64,000 nucleotides of DNA, taken from an uncultured Ruminococcus sp. (GTDB taxonomy: Bacteria; Bacillota; Clostridia; Oscillospirales; CAG-272). The stretch spans positions 1,675 through 65,674 of the forward strand of contig CAZVQC010000007.1 of the NCBI GenBank assembly GCA_964629225.1, given 5' to 3'. The notes beneath the pieces are model-generated. The model had not been told where the DNA came from. It was given only the letters and a program-made list of their open reading frames with translations, and made no database searches. The position numbers and the translations under genes were made by a program. Shown here one piece after another: positions 27,855-35,600 of the stretch. How positions within the stretch are numbered: position 1 is the stretch's first letter; each line of letters begins with the position of its first letter.

Positions 27855-28957
27855 ACCGTCACCTCCTTTCTTTCAAGTTCGCCTTTTTTGAGTTTGTACT
27901 GCAGTATCTCCGCCGCAAATCTGTCCTCTCCGTCAAGGACGTCCGCAAGCTCCGGATAGGTGATACCGAGTTTCTCAAGGCTGTCTGCGGAATTGTATCT
28001 GACGTACCAGTTTCCGCAGGTCAGATTGTGTTTCAGCAGTTCCACCGTTGTATCTCCCGGATAAGTCGCAAGAGCAGAGGAGGCAATGGCGGCGTATTGC
28101 CATTTGTCGCTGTCTCTAACGGAACTGAGGCGGCAGAGCGTCGCGTACGCCACGTCGTAGCGGTATTTTGCAAAGTAACGTATTGCGGAGTAGCGGAGCT
28201 CGTCGTCCTCACTTTCATCCTGCAGGATCGTGAAAACATACTCACAGTAGTCCGGCGAGGAAAAACGAATGAAGTTGAGGAGGACCACTCTCATCTCTGC
28301 CGAAAAAGAGTCAAACTCGGATATTATCAGATCGCTCAGCTCCTTGATACTTCCCATGAAATTGAGAAGGCCGTCCGTTATCAGCTTTCCGTGGTAGAAC
28401 AATCCGCTTCGGTCGATCCGCTTCAGTGCTTCTATCACGCAACCGCTGTCTCCGGTGGTGTAGAGCGCCTGCATCACGTTTTCACGGCAGTAGATACCGG
28501 GCTCATCCAAAAGGCTCAGAAGGATCCCGGTGATAGAGGGAAAGGCCCTGTTTGCGATAAGGCGGTATTTTTTTACTATGTAGGGGAAGTATGCCGCCTC
28601 TATCCTGCCTTTGCCGCTGTAAGTTACCGTAAGCGAGATGAAGACTCCGTCAAGCTCGGACAGGTAGAGCTTGACTGCATCGGCGTCCTCAAGATAGGCT
28701 CCTTCAAGCATCCGATCGAAGGCCACCATGTTACCTACCCGTTTTAATTTCGATCTTAAATACCTTTTGTGACGGTCGTCGCAGGGAAGCCCCTCTTTTA
28801 TTTTAAGGAGCTGATACTTGACCTCGGTGTAAAATCCTCGGCTCACCCGTTCGGTTCTCTTGTCACGGTGTTTTAGAAGGATCGCCGTGACGATGTTGAA
28901 AAGTATCATCGCAAGGCAGATGAACAGGTAGACGTAGATCATGGTCTCTACTTTCAT
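27851..28957 (-). CDS. Membrane-anchored HEAT/ARM-like repeat protein
   Basis: 368 aa with an N-terminal TM and repeated helical pairs (e.g. DDELRYSAIRYFAKY, NWYVRYNSADSLEKLG). ATGA overlaps at both ends. Confidence 0.5.
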   Translation of the reverse strand: MKVETMIYVYLFICLAMILFNIVTAILLKHRDKRTERVSRGFYTEVKYQLLKIKEGLPCDDRHKRYLRSKLKRVGNMVAFDRMLEGAYLEDADAVKLYLSELDGVFISLTVTYSGKGRIEAAYFPYIVKKYRLIANRAFPSITGILLSLLDEPGIYCRENVMQALYTTGDSGCVIEALKRIDRSGLFYHGKLITDGLLNFMGSIKELSDLIISEFDSFSAEMRVVLLNFIRFSSPDYCEYVFTILQDESEDDELRYSAIRYFAKYRYDVAYATLCRLSSVRDSDKWQYAAIASSALATYPGDTTVELLKHNLTCGNWYVRYNSADSLEKLGITYPELADVLDGEDRFAAEILQYKLKKGELERKEVTV

Positions 28958-31131
28958 TCCGCATCACCTCCCCAAAAGCTTTTCACATCGTAGTAGGATC
29001 TTTTGAGTCTCTCGTGAAAACTCACGTCGTTGCCCCATCCTTCAAGTTCAAAAAAGTCGAGTTCTACCCGCTCGGAGCTTCCCTGAGTTACTCCAACGTA
29101 GATGCCGTCGGTCTCGATGAATTCCACCCCGTAATTCCCGTCATAGTAGTCGTCGTGGATCATCATTCTCGAAGGGTCTCCGAAATTGAGAAGTTGCCAT
29201 GGGAGCTTCACCTCAATGTAGTCTCCCTTTGCGCAGAAATCCGCAAGGGAGTTAAAATCGTCGCTTTCCGGGTTGGCGTTACCGTATGTGAGTTTTCCGG
29301 TCTCAAAGGTCTTCGGAAGGAGATCGCTGCTGCCGGGAACGGAGATCTCGTTCTTACTTAGAATAAGGGCGATGCTTTTGAAGACCGGAGAGTCCTTGTC
29401 CGGAATAAAGCCGGTCTCGTAGGTGTTGAATTTGTAGATCTCTGCCGAATACGTGGAGCGGAGAGCCTCGTAGCGCTCCTGCACCAGAAGACGGCTGTTT
29501 TCGGCGCCGTCAATGACCAAAAGCAGGTCGGCGGCTCTGCCGAATTTGAGATGGAGATCTTCGGCGTAGTTGCTTCCGGTCTTTTGGATGGTGTCGATGG
29601 GAATGTAAAAGGTCTCATTTTCGAAGTCAAGACCGCTTTTTCTTATCATGAAGTAGAGATACTTCTCGTCGTATTTCATCGATACCGACACGCCCCCGTT
29701 TTCGGTCACGGTGTCGTCATCGTTCCACTCGGATACGTCACCGTCTACATAGGACACGGACTCATCATCGCCGGGATCGAAGGTCATTATGCCGAAGAAT
29801 TGCTCACTTGACTGGTAATCGGACCAATAGGGAGTTCTAATCAAGTCCACAGCATGAAGGACGTTCCACGTCCTCATGTACCACTCGTCATGCCATGAGA
29901 AGATGCAGCTTCCCGCACATCCCGCCTCCATGATATCGCGATAGCACTCTTCAAGAGCCTTTCCCTGACTGTCCTCGTTCATGGCGCTCTGACCCTGTCC
30001 GGCGCTCGCATTAAGACGGGACATCGTCCGACCGGTGGAAAAACCGAACTCGGATATCACCACCGGTATCGTGTGGTGGCTCGTAAGCATCGTAAGGTAG
30101 GCGCGGTAGGTATTCATTCCCTTCGACGAGGCGAATACGGTCTTATCAAGACCGTAGGGGCTCCAATCCTCCACGTAGGTCATGTAATCGGGGAAGTAGG
30201 GGTAGACGTGGTATGAAGCGAAGTGTCCTGACTTGAATTCCTCTGTGGGAAGGATGTGTTCCACGTCAATGTAGGCGCATTTTTTGATGACCGAGGTGTC
30301 GATAGTGGGATATTCGAAGGGGTCTGTGGTGGGCCAGTTTGAAAAAGCCATCAGTCTTTGAGCCCCATAGCGCTTCGTCTCGTATTCCGTCACCCCATCC
30401 GCCACTCTCGTAAGCATGGTTTCAAAGGGGGAGGCATCCGGGGAAGTCTTGAAGTATCTGCCGCTGTAGTTCAGCTTCGACTCATCGTCTCGGTATTTGT
30501 CGTCGGTGTAGGCCACCGTAAGTTCATCCCACTCCACACCCAGAATGTAGCCGATGACCCAATGGGAGATATCCTTAAGGTAACTTCCGTGGCCGGCGCT
30601 TGCCATCCTTCCGAGGGAGACTTTTCTGTTTCCGTGGATGATGTCCACCATTATTTTGCAGTCCTCAAGGAACGTGCCGTAAAAGTCCTCGTGGTAGGCA
30701 TCTCTGTAGGAGTTCACGACGTAGTCGTTGACCCAGACTCCGTGGAGAAGATACAGCGGTTCCTCTCTGCCGCTGTTGTACTCGTAAAATGCTTCGTAAA
30801 ACGGCTGAGATTGGATAGTGTAGATGCGCACCGTGTTGACGCCCATCTCTTGCATCAGCTCAAACCAACGGATATAGGTCTCCTTGTCGATGGCAAAGTC
30901 CGTGGACCATTCTCCCGGATACCCGGATCCAAGGTCGACACCTCTTATCTCAAAGGGGACAAAGTCGCCGTTTTCATCCTTCAAGAGGATCTCCTTCCCC
31001 TCGGCGGTGGCGTTGACCTCTATCTCGGAGAGTTGTAACAGCGGAATGTAGACGCCCACGTGAAAGTATAGGTAGTTTCCAAGCAGTACCGCAAGCAATA
31101 CGGATGCTACGATAATAATAAATTTCTTCAT
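28954..31131 (-). CDS. Membrane-anchored clan GH-A-like (TIM-barrel) glycoside hydrolase/transglycosylase with C-terminal beta-rich domain
   Basis: 725 aa with an N-terminal TM. FEIRGVDLG...GVNTVRIYT (beta-strands 1 and 2 of a GH-A barrel) and VVISEFGFSTG (candidate nucleophile Glu). The family is not assignable by eye. Confidence 0.5.
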   Translation of the reverse strand: MKKFIIIVASVLLAVLLGNYLYFHVGVYIPLLQLSEIEVNATAEGKEILLKDENGDFVPFEIRGVDLGSGYPGEWSTDFAIDKETYIRWFELMQEMGVNTVRIYTIQSQPFYEAFYEYNSGREEPLYLLHGVWVNDYVVNSYRDAYHEDFYGTFLEDCKIMVDIIHGNRKVSLGRMASAGHGSYLKDISHWVIGYILGVEWDELTVAYTDDKYRDDESKLNYSGRYFKTSPDASPFETMLTRVADGVTEYETKRYGAQRLMAFSNWPTTDPFEYPTIDTSVIKKCAYIDVEHILPTEEFKSGHFASYHVYPYFPDYMTYVEDWSPYGLDKTVFASSKGMNTYRAYLTMLTSHHTIPVVISEFGFSTGRTMSRLNASAGQGQSAMNEDSQGKALEECYRDIMEAGCAGSCIFSWHDEWYMRTWNVLHAVDLIRTPYWSDYQSSEQFFGIMTFDPGDDESVSYVDGDVSEWNDDDTVTENGGVSVSMKYDEKYLYFMIRKSGLDFENETFYIPIDTIQKTGSNYAEDLHLKFGRAADLLLVIDGAENSRLLVQERYEALRSTYSAEIYKFNTYETGFIPDKDSPVFKSIALILSKNEISVPGSSDLLPKTFETGKLTYGNANPESDDFNSLADFCAKGDYIEVKLPWQLLNFGDPSRMMIHDDYYDGNYGVEFIETDGIYVGVTQGSSERVELDFFELEGWGNDVSFHERLKRSYYDVKSFWGGDAE

Positions 31132-31144
31132 TAGCCTCCTCCTT

Positions 31145-32626
31145 TTACTGCTCGTGGGTCTCGTGGGATCCGTGGGTCTTCGATGCGGCTGAATACTGTT
31201 TCAGACTTTCGATGTTTTCATCCATCCACCTGACCCGTTCATTAAGACAGTTCCTCATTTGGGCGAGGGCATCGTCGTAGCTTCTTAAGTTGCGTTCCTT
31301 TGGAATGAGTCGGTCTTCGCTTTCTTCAAATGAGTAGCCCCACACTTCGAAATTGCGATCGACGGCATCTCCCAGCCACGCGACCGTTTCGTCAATGTAG
31401 GCGTTGAGGTTTTCATCGGAAAGTACCGTCGTTCGCAGATATTTGTAGCGGTCTATCACCCTTTCGGTGAAATCTTCATCTTGGATGATCCTGTCGAACC
31501 AGACGGTACTGAACATGGAAAAACCGGTCGTGGGGTTGTCGGTCTCCTCGTAGTTGTCAAGGGCGTTGTTGAAATCCCACACGCACATTTTGTACTTCCT
31601 GTCCACGTCCTTGTAGATGTAGGTGGAGTAATAACCGGCATCTCTGTTGAGGGCGACTTCGTTGATTATGAAGTAGTCTACGAAGGAGTCCACATCGACG
31701 GTGCTCTTGTAGCCCCTTTTGTCATCGAAATCGTAGGAGTACAGAGCCTTTTCGAAATCGGAAAACTCAAGCTCGATATTCCGTATCAACTCAGTATCGA
31801 GGGATGACAGCCCCGGAGAAACTACGTTGATCAAGTTGTCTGTCTGCAGCGTGTAGATGCTGAAGGGGGCGATGTTTTTGATCCCGGTGTCGCTACCTCG
31901 GTCGTGCCTCAGTATGTAACCGGAGAAGGTGTTGCGCTTCTCAGTGGTGGACAGCTTTATTCTGGCGTCCTCGTCTCCTGCCGTAACGGTCTCCGTCATA
32001 AGGTAGAGTCCCTTGTACTCCCCGTTTATTATCAGCTCGCAAAAGCGGACATTCGGAGAGTAGTCCATGATCTCTCCCGCCAGATTGTACCACATATAGT
32101 TGCGTATCAGAGTCTTGTCGAGAAACGGCCCGTGAAGAGCCCATTCGTGATGGGCGGCCATGCCCATCATCTCTCGGTCGTTGTTGGTGCCGTCTTTGTT
32201 GACAAGTTCAATGAGATACGGCAGTTTGTCAAAGAATCTGGAGGAGTTTCCTCTGATCCTGATGCGGATGTCGCTTGAGAGGGTAGCCTTGTCGGAGGGG
32301 TGATTGTTTCCCTTTTTCGAGTCGATAACGTCCGCTGTTGCCGCAATAGTTTTGTTTCCGTCCTCCGCCATGCCGTGAAGTACCTTCCCGGATCCGGGGT
32401 CCAGGTAGGCTTCTCCCGGGATCTCAACTCCTCCGGTATCTATCTTGATTATCGGAAGGTGGGTGCAAAGGGAGGTGTCCGGGCAGACGTCACAGGGTGA
32501 GTAGCCCGATTCCATACGGTGTTGAACGTACCTTTCCTTTTCGCCGTCCGAAAAGATCCACGCACCGCCGATAACGGCAGATACCGCAAGTATCAACGCA
32601 ACGGCTCCTATCAGCTTGTATTTCAA
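31145..32626 (-). CDS. cotH: CotH kinase family protein with N-terminal signal anchor
   Basis: 493 aa with a TTG start preceded by AAGGAG. CotH-like core (LHGPFLDKTLIRNYMWYNLAGEIM...FCELIINGEYKGLYLMTETV...WDFNNALDNY). Confidence 0.75.
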   Translation of the reverse strand: MKYKLIGAVALILAVSAVIGGAWIFSDGEKERYVQHRMESGYSPCDVCPDTSLCTHLPIIKIDTGGVEIPGEAYLDPGSGKVLHGMAEDGNKTIAATADVIDSKKGNNHPSDKATLSSDIRIRIRGNSSRFFDKLPYLIELVNKDGTNNDREMMGMAAHHEWALHGPFLDKTLIRNYMWYNLAGEIMDYSPNVRFCELIINGEYKGLYLMTETVTAGDEDARIKLSTTEKRNTFSGYILRHDRGSDTGIKNIAPFSIYTLQTDNLINVVSPGLSSLDTELIRNIELEFSDFEKALYSYDFDDKRGYKSTVDVDSFVDYFIINEVALNRDAGYYSTYIYKDVDRKYKMCVWDFNNALDNYEETDNPTTGFSMFSTVWFDRIIQDEDFTERVIDRYKYLRTTVLSDENLNAYIDETVAWLGDAVDRNFEVWGYSFEESEDRLIPKERNLRSYDDALAQMRNCLNERVRWMDENIESLKQYSAASKTHGSHETHEQ

Positions 32627-32641
32627 ACCATGCTCCTTGTA

Positions 32642-33319
32642 TCAGTTCGATATCTCGTCGTTCTGCATCACCACGTTGACGTATTCTACCTTGCCCGCTT
32701 TGTAGAGGCTGTCGGTGATGCCGCCTTCTGCTTTTTCCGCCTTGCGGATCATTTTTTGAGTCACCTCATAGATCAGCTCCACAGTCTCGGATGTTGTGTT
32801 TTCCACTCGGAGTATCGCCTTCCCGGAAAAAAGTTTGTAGATGAGGGATTTTATTATGGGCGTGCAGCCTCTGTCGGCACGAATTATGATGAGCATCCTG
32901 TTGTCGTTTTTGATGCATCCCAGTATCAGTATCACAAGGAAGACCACTGCACTTCCGATGGAGGCGACAAGAAAGTCTCCGACACCGCAGCATATGCCGA
33001 TTATGATTGCCCAGAAAATGTAGACAGTGTCTCTTGAGTCCTTGATGGCCGTTCTGAAACGGACGATGGACAGAGCACCCACCATACCGAGGGACAGCGC
33101 AATGTTATTTCCGATAACTGTCATGACGGTGCCTGTGAGCACTGTGAGGATGACGAGGGAGGCGTTGAATTTCTTGCTGTAGATAGTACCTCTGTGGGAG
33201 ATGAAATAGGATATGAAGATGAAAAATCCCAGCACCGCAGAGGCGGTGATATTCATCAGTATGTTCTCCCATGTCATGTCGCTTGGGTTGGTGAAAAGTT
33301 GGTAGATCTGTTCTCTCAT
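32642..33319 (-). CDS. DUF4956-like polytopic membrane protein
   Basis: 225 aa, 4-5 TM helices followed by a roughly 90-aa soluble C-terminal domain. As I recall, DUF4956 is the usual neighbour of bacterial VTC-domain proteins. Confidence 0.6.
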   Translation of the reverse strand: MREQIYQLFTNPSDMTWENILMNITASAVLGFFIFISYFISHRGTIYSKKFNASLVILTVLTGTVMTVIGNNIALSLGMVGALSIVRFRTAIKDSRDTVYIFWAIIIGICCGVGDFLVASIGSAVVFLVILILGCIKNDNRMLIIIRADRGCTPIIKSLIYKLFSGKAILRVENTTSETVELIYEVTQKMIRKAEKAEGGITDSLYKAGKVEYVNVVMQNDEISN

Positions 33320-33341
33320 GTCTTTTTCTCCTTATTAATTA

Positions 33342-34037
33342 TTATAATCTTGTTTGATAGCCGTTTTGACGGGCCAGAACGTATTTGCTCACCGACAACT
33401 CGCTCCTGTTTGCCGGATCGATGAGTTCTCTTATGTATCCGAGCAAAAAGCCGTTGAACTTCACTTCCAGCACCACGTCGTATTTGTCTAACACCGGAAC
33501 CATGTTAAGGCGGGGATCGAACAGGTCGAAACTGCTCTCGGTGGCTACGATGTTGTTGTCGAATGTGACTCTTATTTTGTTCTCCTTGGCGATGAAGGCC
33601 TTTCTGTTGTATTCCACCACCGTTTTTGGTCGGTATGCACGGCAGTGCATCAGTCCGTAACACTCTGCGGCAAACGGCTCTCTGTATTTGAGCAGAGGGG
33701 AATAATTGCCGCGGGTCAGTTCCGTCGCATCCTCGCGGGATATCCTTAAGGAGCGCTTCATCTGATTTGCCCCTTGTTTTTGTTTCATTTCAAGCATGGC
33801 AAAGTCGCCGTTCGGATCGTAGCACCTGAGGCGGATCTTCCGTCTCAGCTCCACTCCGTCCAGCTTTTCGAAGTAGTCCCCGTCGTAAGCAGTGTCAAAA
33901 TACAGCGATCGGATGCGGTAGCCGTGAGTACCGTTGTGGGGATCACTCAGCATCACCTGCTCCACTCTGTGGGAGAGGGCGATGAACTCGTCTATGCTGA
34001 GAAGAAATTTTTTCTCCTCTCTGAGTACCTTATTCAC
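33342..34037 (-). CDS. VTC-domain / triphosphate tunnel metalloenzyme (polyphosphate-polymerase-like) protein
   Basis: N-terminal REEKKFLL (ExExK-type strand) and alternating charged beta-strands (IRLRCY, LEMKQK, VEYNRKAF, IRVTFD, VLEVKF). The start is reassigned to GTG 34037, which has AGGAGG 6 nt upstream. The ORF-track ATG at 34070 lies inside the terminator hairpin loop. Confidence 0.7.
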   Translation of the reverse strand: MNKVLREEKKFLLSIDEFIALSHRVEQVMLSDPHNGTHGYRIRSLYFDTAYDGDYFEKLDGVELRRKIRLRCYDPNGDFAMLEMKQKQGANQMKRSLRISREDATELTRGNYSPLLKYREPFAAECYGLMHCRAYRPKTVVEYNRKAFIAKENKIRVTFDNNIVATESSFDLFDPRLNMVPVLDKYDVVLEVKFNGFLLGYIRELIDPANRSELSVSKYVLARQNGYQTRL

Positions 34038-34050
34038 AAAACACCTCCTG

Positions 34051-34161
34051 AAAATAAAAACCGACCGCACCTTTTTTGAAGAAATGCGGTCAGTCGGTCA
34101 TACGGATCTCTCCGCTTAGATACTTAACTTTGCGTCCCATCCTTTCGAATGGTTTGCCCTT
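34051..34161 (-). promoter_or_regulatory. c-di-GMP-I (GEMM-I) riboswitch aptamer plus intrinsic terminator expression platform
   Basis: The minus strand reads AAGGGCAAACCAUUCGAAAGGAUGGGACGCAAAGUUAAGUAUCUAAGCGGAGAGAUCCGUAUGACCGAC.
- GGCAAACC, then a 6-bp hairpin with a GAAA loop, then GGGACGCAAAG.
- Second helix CGGA-GAGA-UCCG flanked by UCUAAG/UAUGA, an 11-nt tetraloop-receptor type.
- Terminator ACCGACUGACCGCA-N15-UGCGGUCGGU-UUUUAUUUU (34052-34098). Confidence 0.8.
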
Positions 34162-35388
34162 TTATTCGGTTTTCTGTTTTTCTGCCTTCAAAAAGGCTTC
34201 GAATTCATGCGCCGGCATGGGACGGCTGAAATAATACCCCTGCATTTGCGAGCATCCGAAATCACGGAGCATCTCTGCCTGCTCCAAGGTCTCAACTCCC
34301 TCCGCTATGACCGAGAGGTCAAGTTTTTTTGCCATGTTGATGACCGAGGACAGGATAGTTTGGCTTTTCTTTGAATTGTCGGAGGATGAGAGAAATCTCA
34401 TGTCAAGCTTCAATTTGTCGATGCTGATGTCCTTCAGCAGATTGAGGGAGGAATATCCGGAACCGAAATCGTCCATCTCCACCTTGAATCCTGCTTTCCG
34501 AAGGTCACCTACCACACTTATCAATCTGTCTGCATCGTCGATGTAGGAGCTTTCCGTGATCTCAATGTGGATGGCGGAATGGGGAAGGCCGTTCTTTTCG
34601 GTGATGTCATTAAGTGCGCCGCACAGCCCGTCAAAGAAGACGTTGTTCCGCGAGAGATTGACGGATATGTGGACGCTGTCGTCGCAGATGCCGTCGCGCC
34701 TCCATTTTGCCATGTAACGGCAGACTCTGTCAAAAACGTATTCGTCAAGAATTCCGATACATCCGGTGCTCTCAAACAGCGGAATGAAATCCATGGGAGG
34801 GATGATGCCTCTACCGGGATGATCCCACCTGACAAGCGCCTCGGCTCCGATGATGTTTCCGCTTTCAAAATTGAATTGAGGCTGAAACCAGATGTCGAAT
34901 TGCCCCTCGTCTATTGCTTTCTTGAAGCCGTCAAGAAGCTCTTTTTTATCCTCGCTGATCTTGCCGAATGCCGCATCCGTCACGTCAATGCACTCCATAA
35001 GGATGACATTTCGGTCCGGGTCGAGGTACCGGTAGGAAAATTCCTTGCAAACAACTCTTTTATCGGCGCCGGAGGCCAAGGTGAGATCCACCGTGTAGCG
35101 CTCCCTTTTTTCAAGCTCCGATCTTACCGTGGAAAGGAGGATAGCCCGTTCAACGGCGATCCTTTCCGTCTCCATGAGAGAGCCTCTTGCGGTCTTCACG
35201 ACCTGCTCATCGTAGGTCTCCCCATCGTGCTTGCGGACTTTCTTCTCCCTGCCGAACGCTATCTCAAGGACATTATTCACTTTTTCCGTATTGCAGTCAA
35301 TAAGCAGGATCTCTTCAAACGATCCGGTAATGAGACTGCAAACTAATTTGTCCCTGTCAATGCGGTTTACGATATCGTCATTTGACAC
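34162..35388 (-). CDS. EAL-domain c-di-GMP phosphodiesterase with uncharacterised N-terminal domain
   Basis: 408 aa. GTG start with GGAGG 9 nt upstream. Motifs GAEALVRW, NLSRNN, IEITES, EMDDFGSGYSSL, KLKLD and AEGVETLEQ...MQGYY, so all catalytic motifs appear present. Confidence 0.85.
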   Translation of the reverse strand: MSNDDIVNRIDRDKLVCSLITGSFEEILLIDCNTEKVNNVLEIAFGREKKVRKHDGETYDEQVVKTARGSLMETERIAVERAILLSTVRSELEKRERYTVDLTLASGADKRVVCKEFSYRYLDPDRNVILMECIDVTDAAFGKISEDKKELLDGFKKAIDEGQFDIWFQPQFNFESGNIIGAEALVRWDHPGRGIIPPMDFIPLFESTGCIGILDEYVFDRVCRYMAKWRRDGICDDSVHISVNLSRNNVFFDGLCGALNDITEKNGLPHSAIHIEITESSYIDDADRLISVVGDLRKAGFKVEMDDFGSGYSSLNLLKDISIDKLKLDMRFLSSSDNSKKSQTILSSVINMAKKLDLSVIAEGVETLEQAEMLRDFGCSQMQGYYFSRPMPAHEFEAFLKAEKQKTE

Positions 35389-35526
35389 CGTCTGTTACCT
35401 CCGATGGTTTGGATAGCTGCGTTTTGCAGACGAAAGGGAGGGGGGGATGGGATGGAAACAGCAGCATGGCTGCTGTCTTTGCGGAGGCTTCTTAATAGTG
35501 CCGATGCCGACGTGCCGCTTTAACTC

Positions 35527-35555
35527 ATTCTATCACATAAGGAGGGAAAACTCAA
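35527..35555 (-). promoter_or_regulatory. Predicted sigma-A promoter of the EAL gene (and probably of the riboswitch operon)
   Basis: On the minus strand: TTGAGT (35555-35550), 17-nt spacer, TAGAAT (35532-35527), with TGTGA as extended -10. Confidence 0.55.
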
Positions 35556-35600
35556 CAGTTTTTGAAAATATTTTTTGTGTTTTTGCCGTACAAAGAGCGT

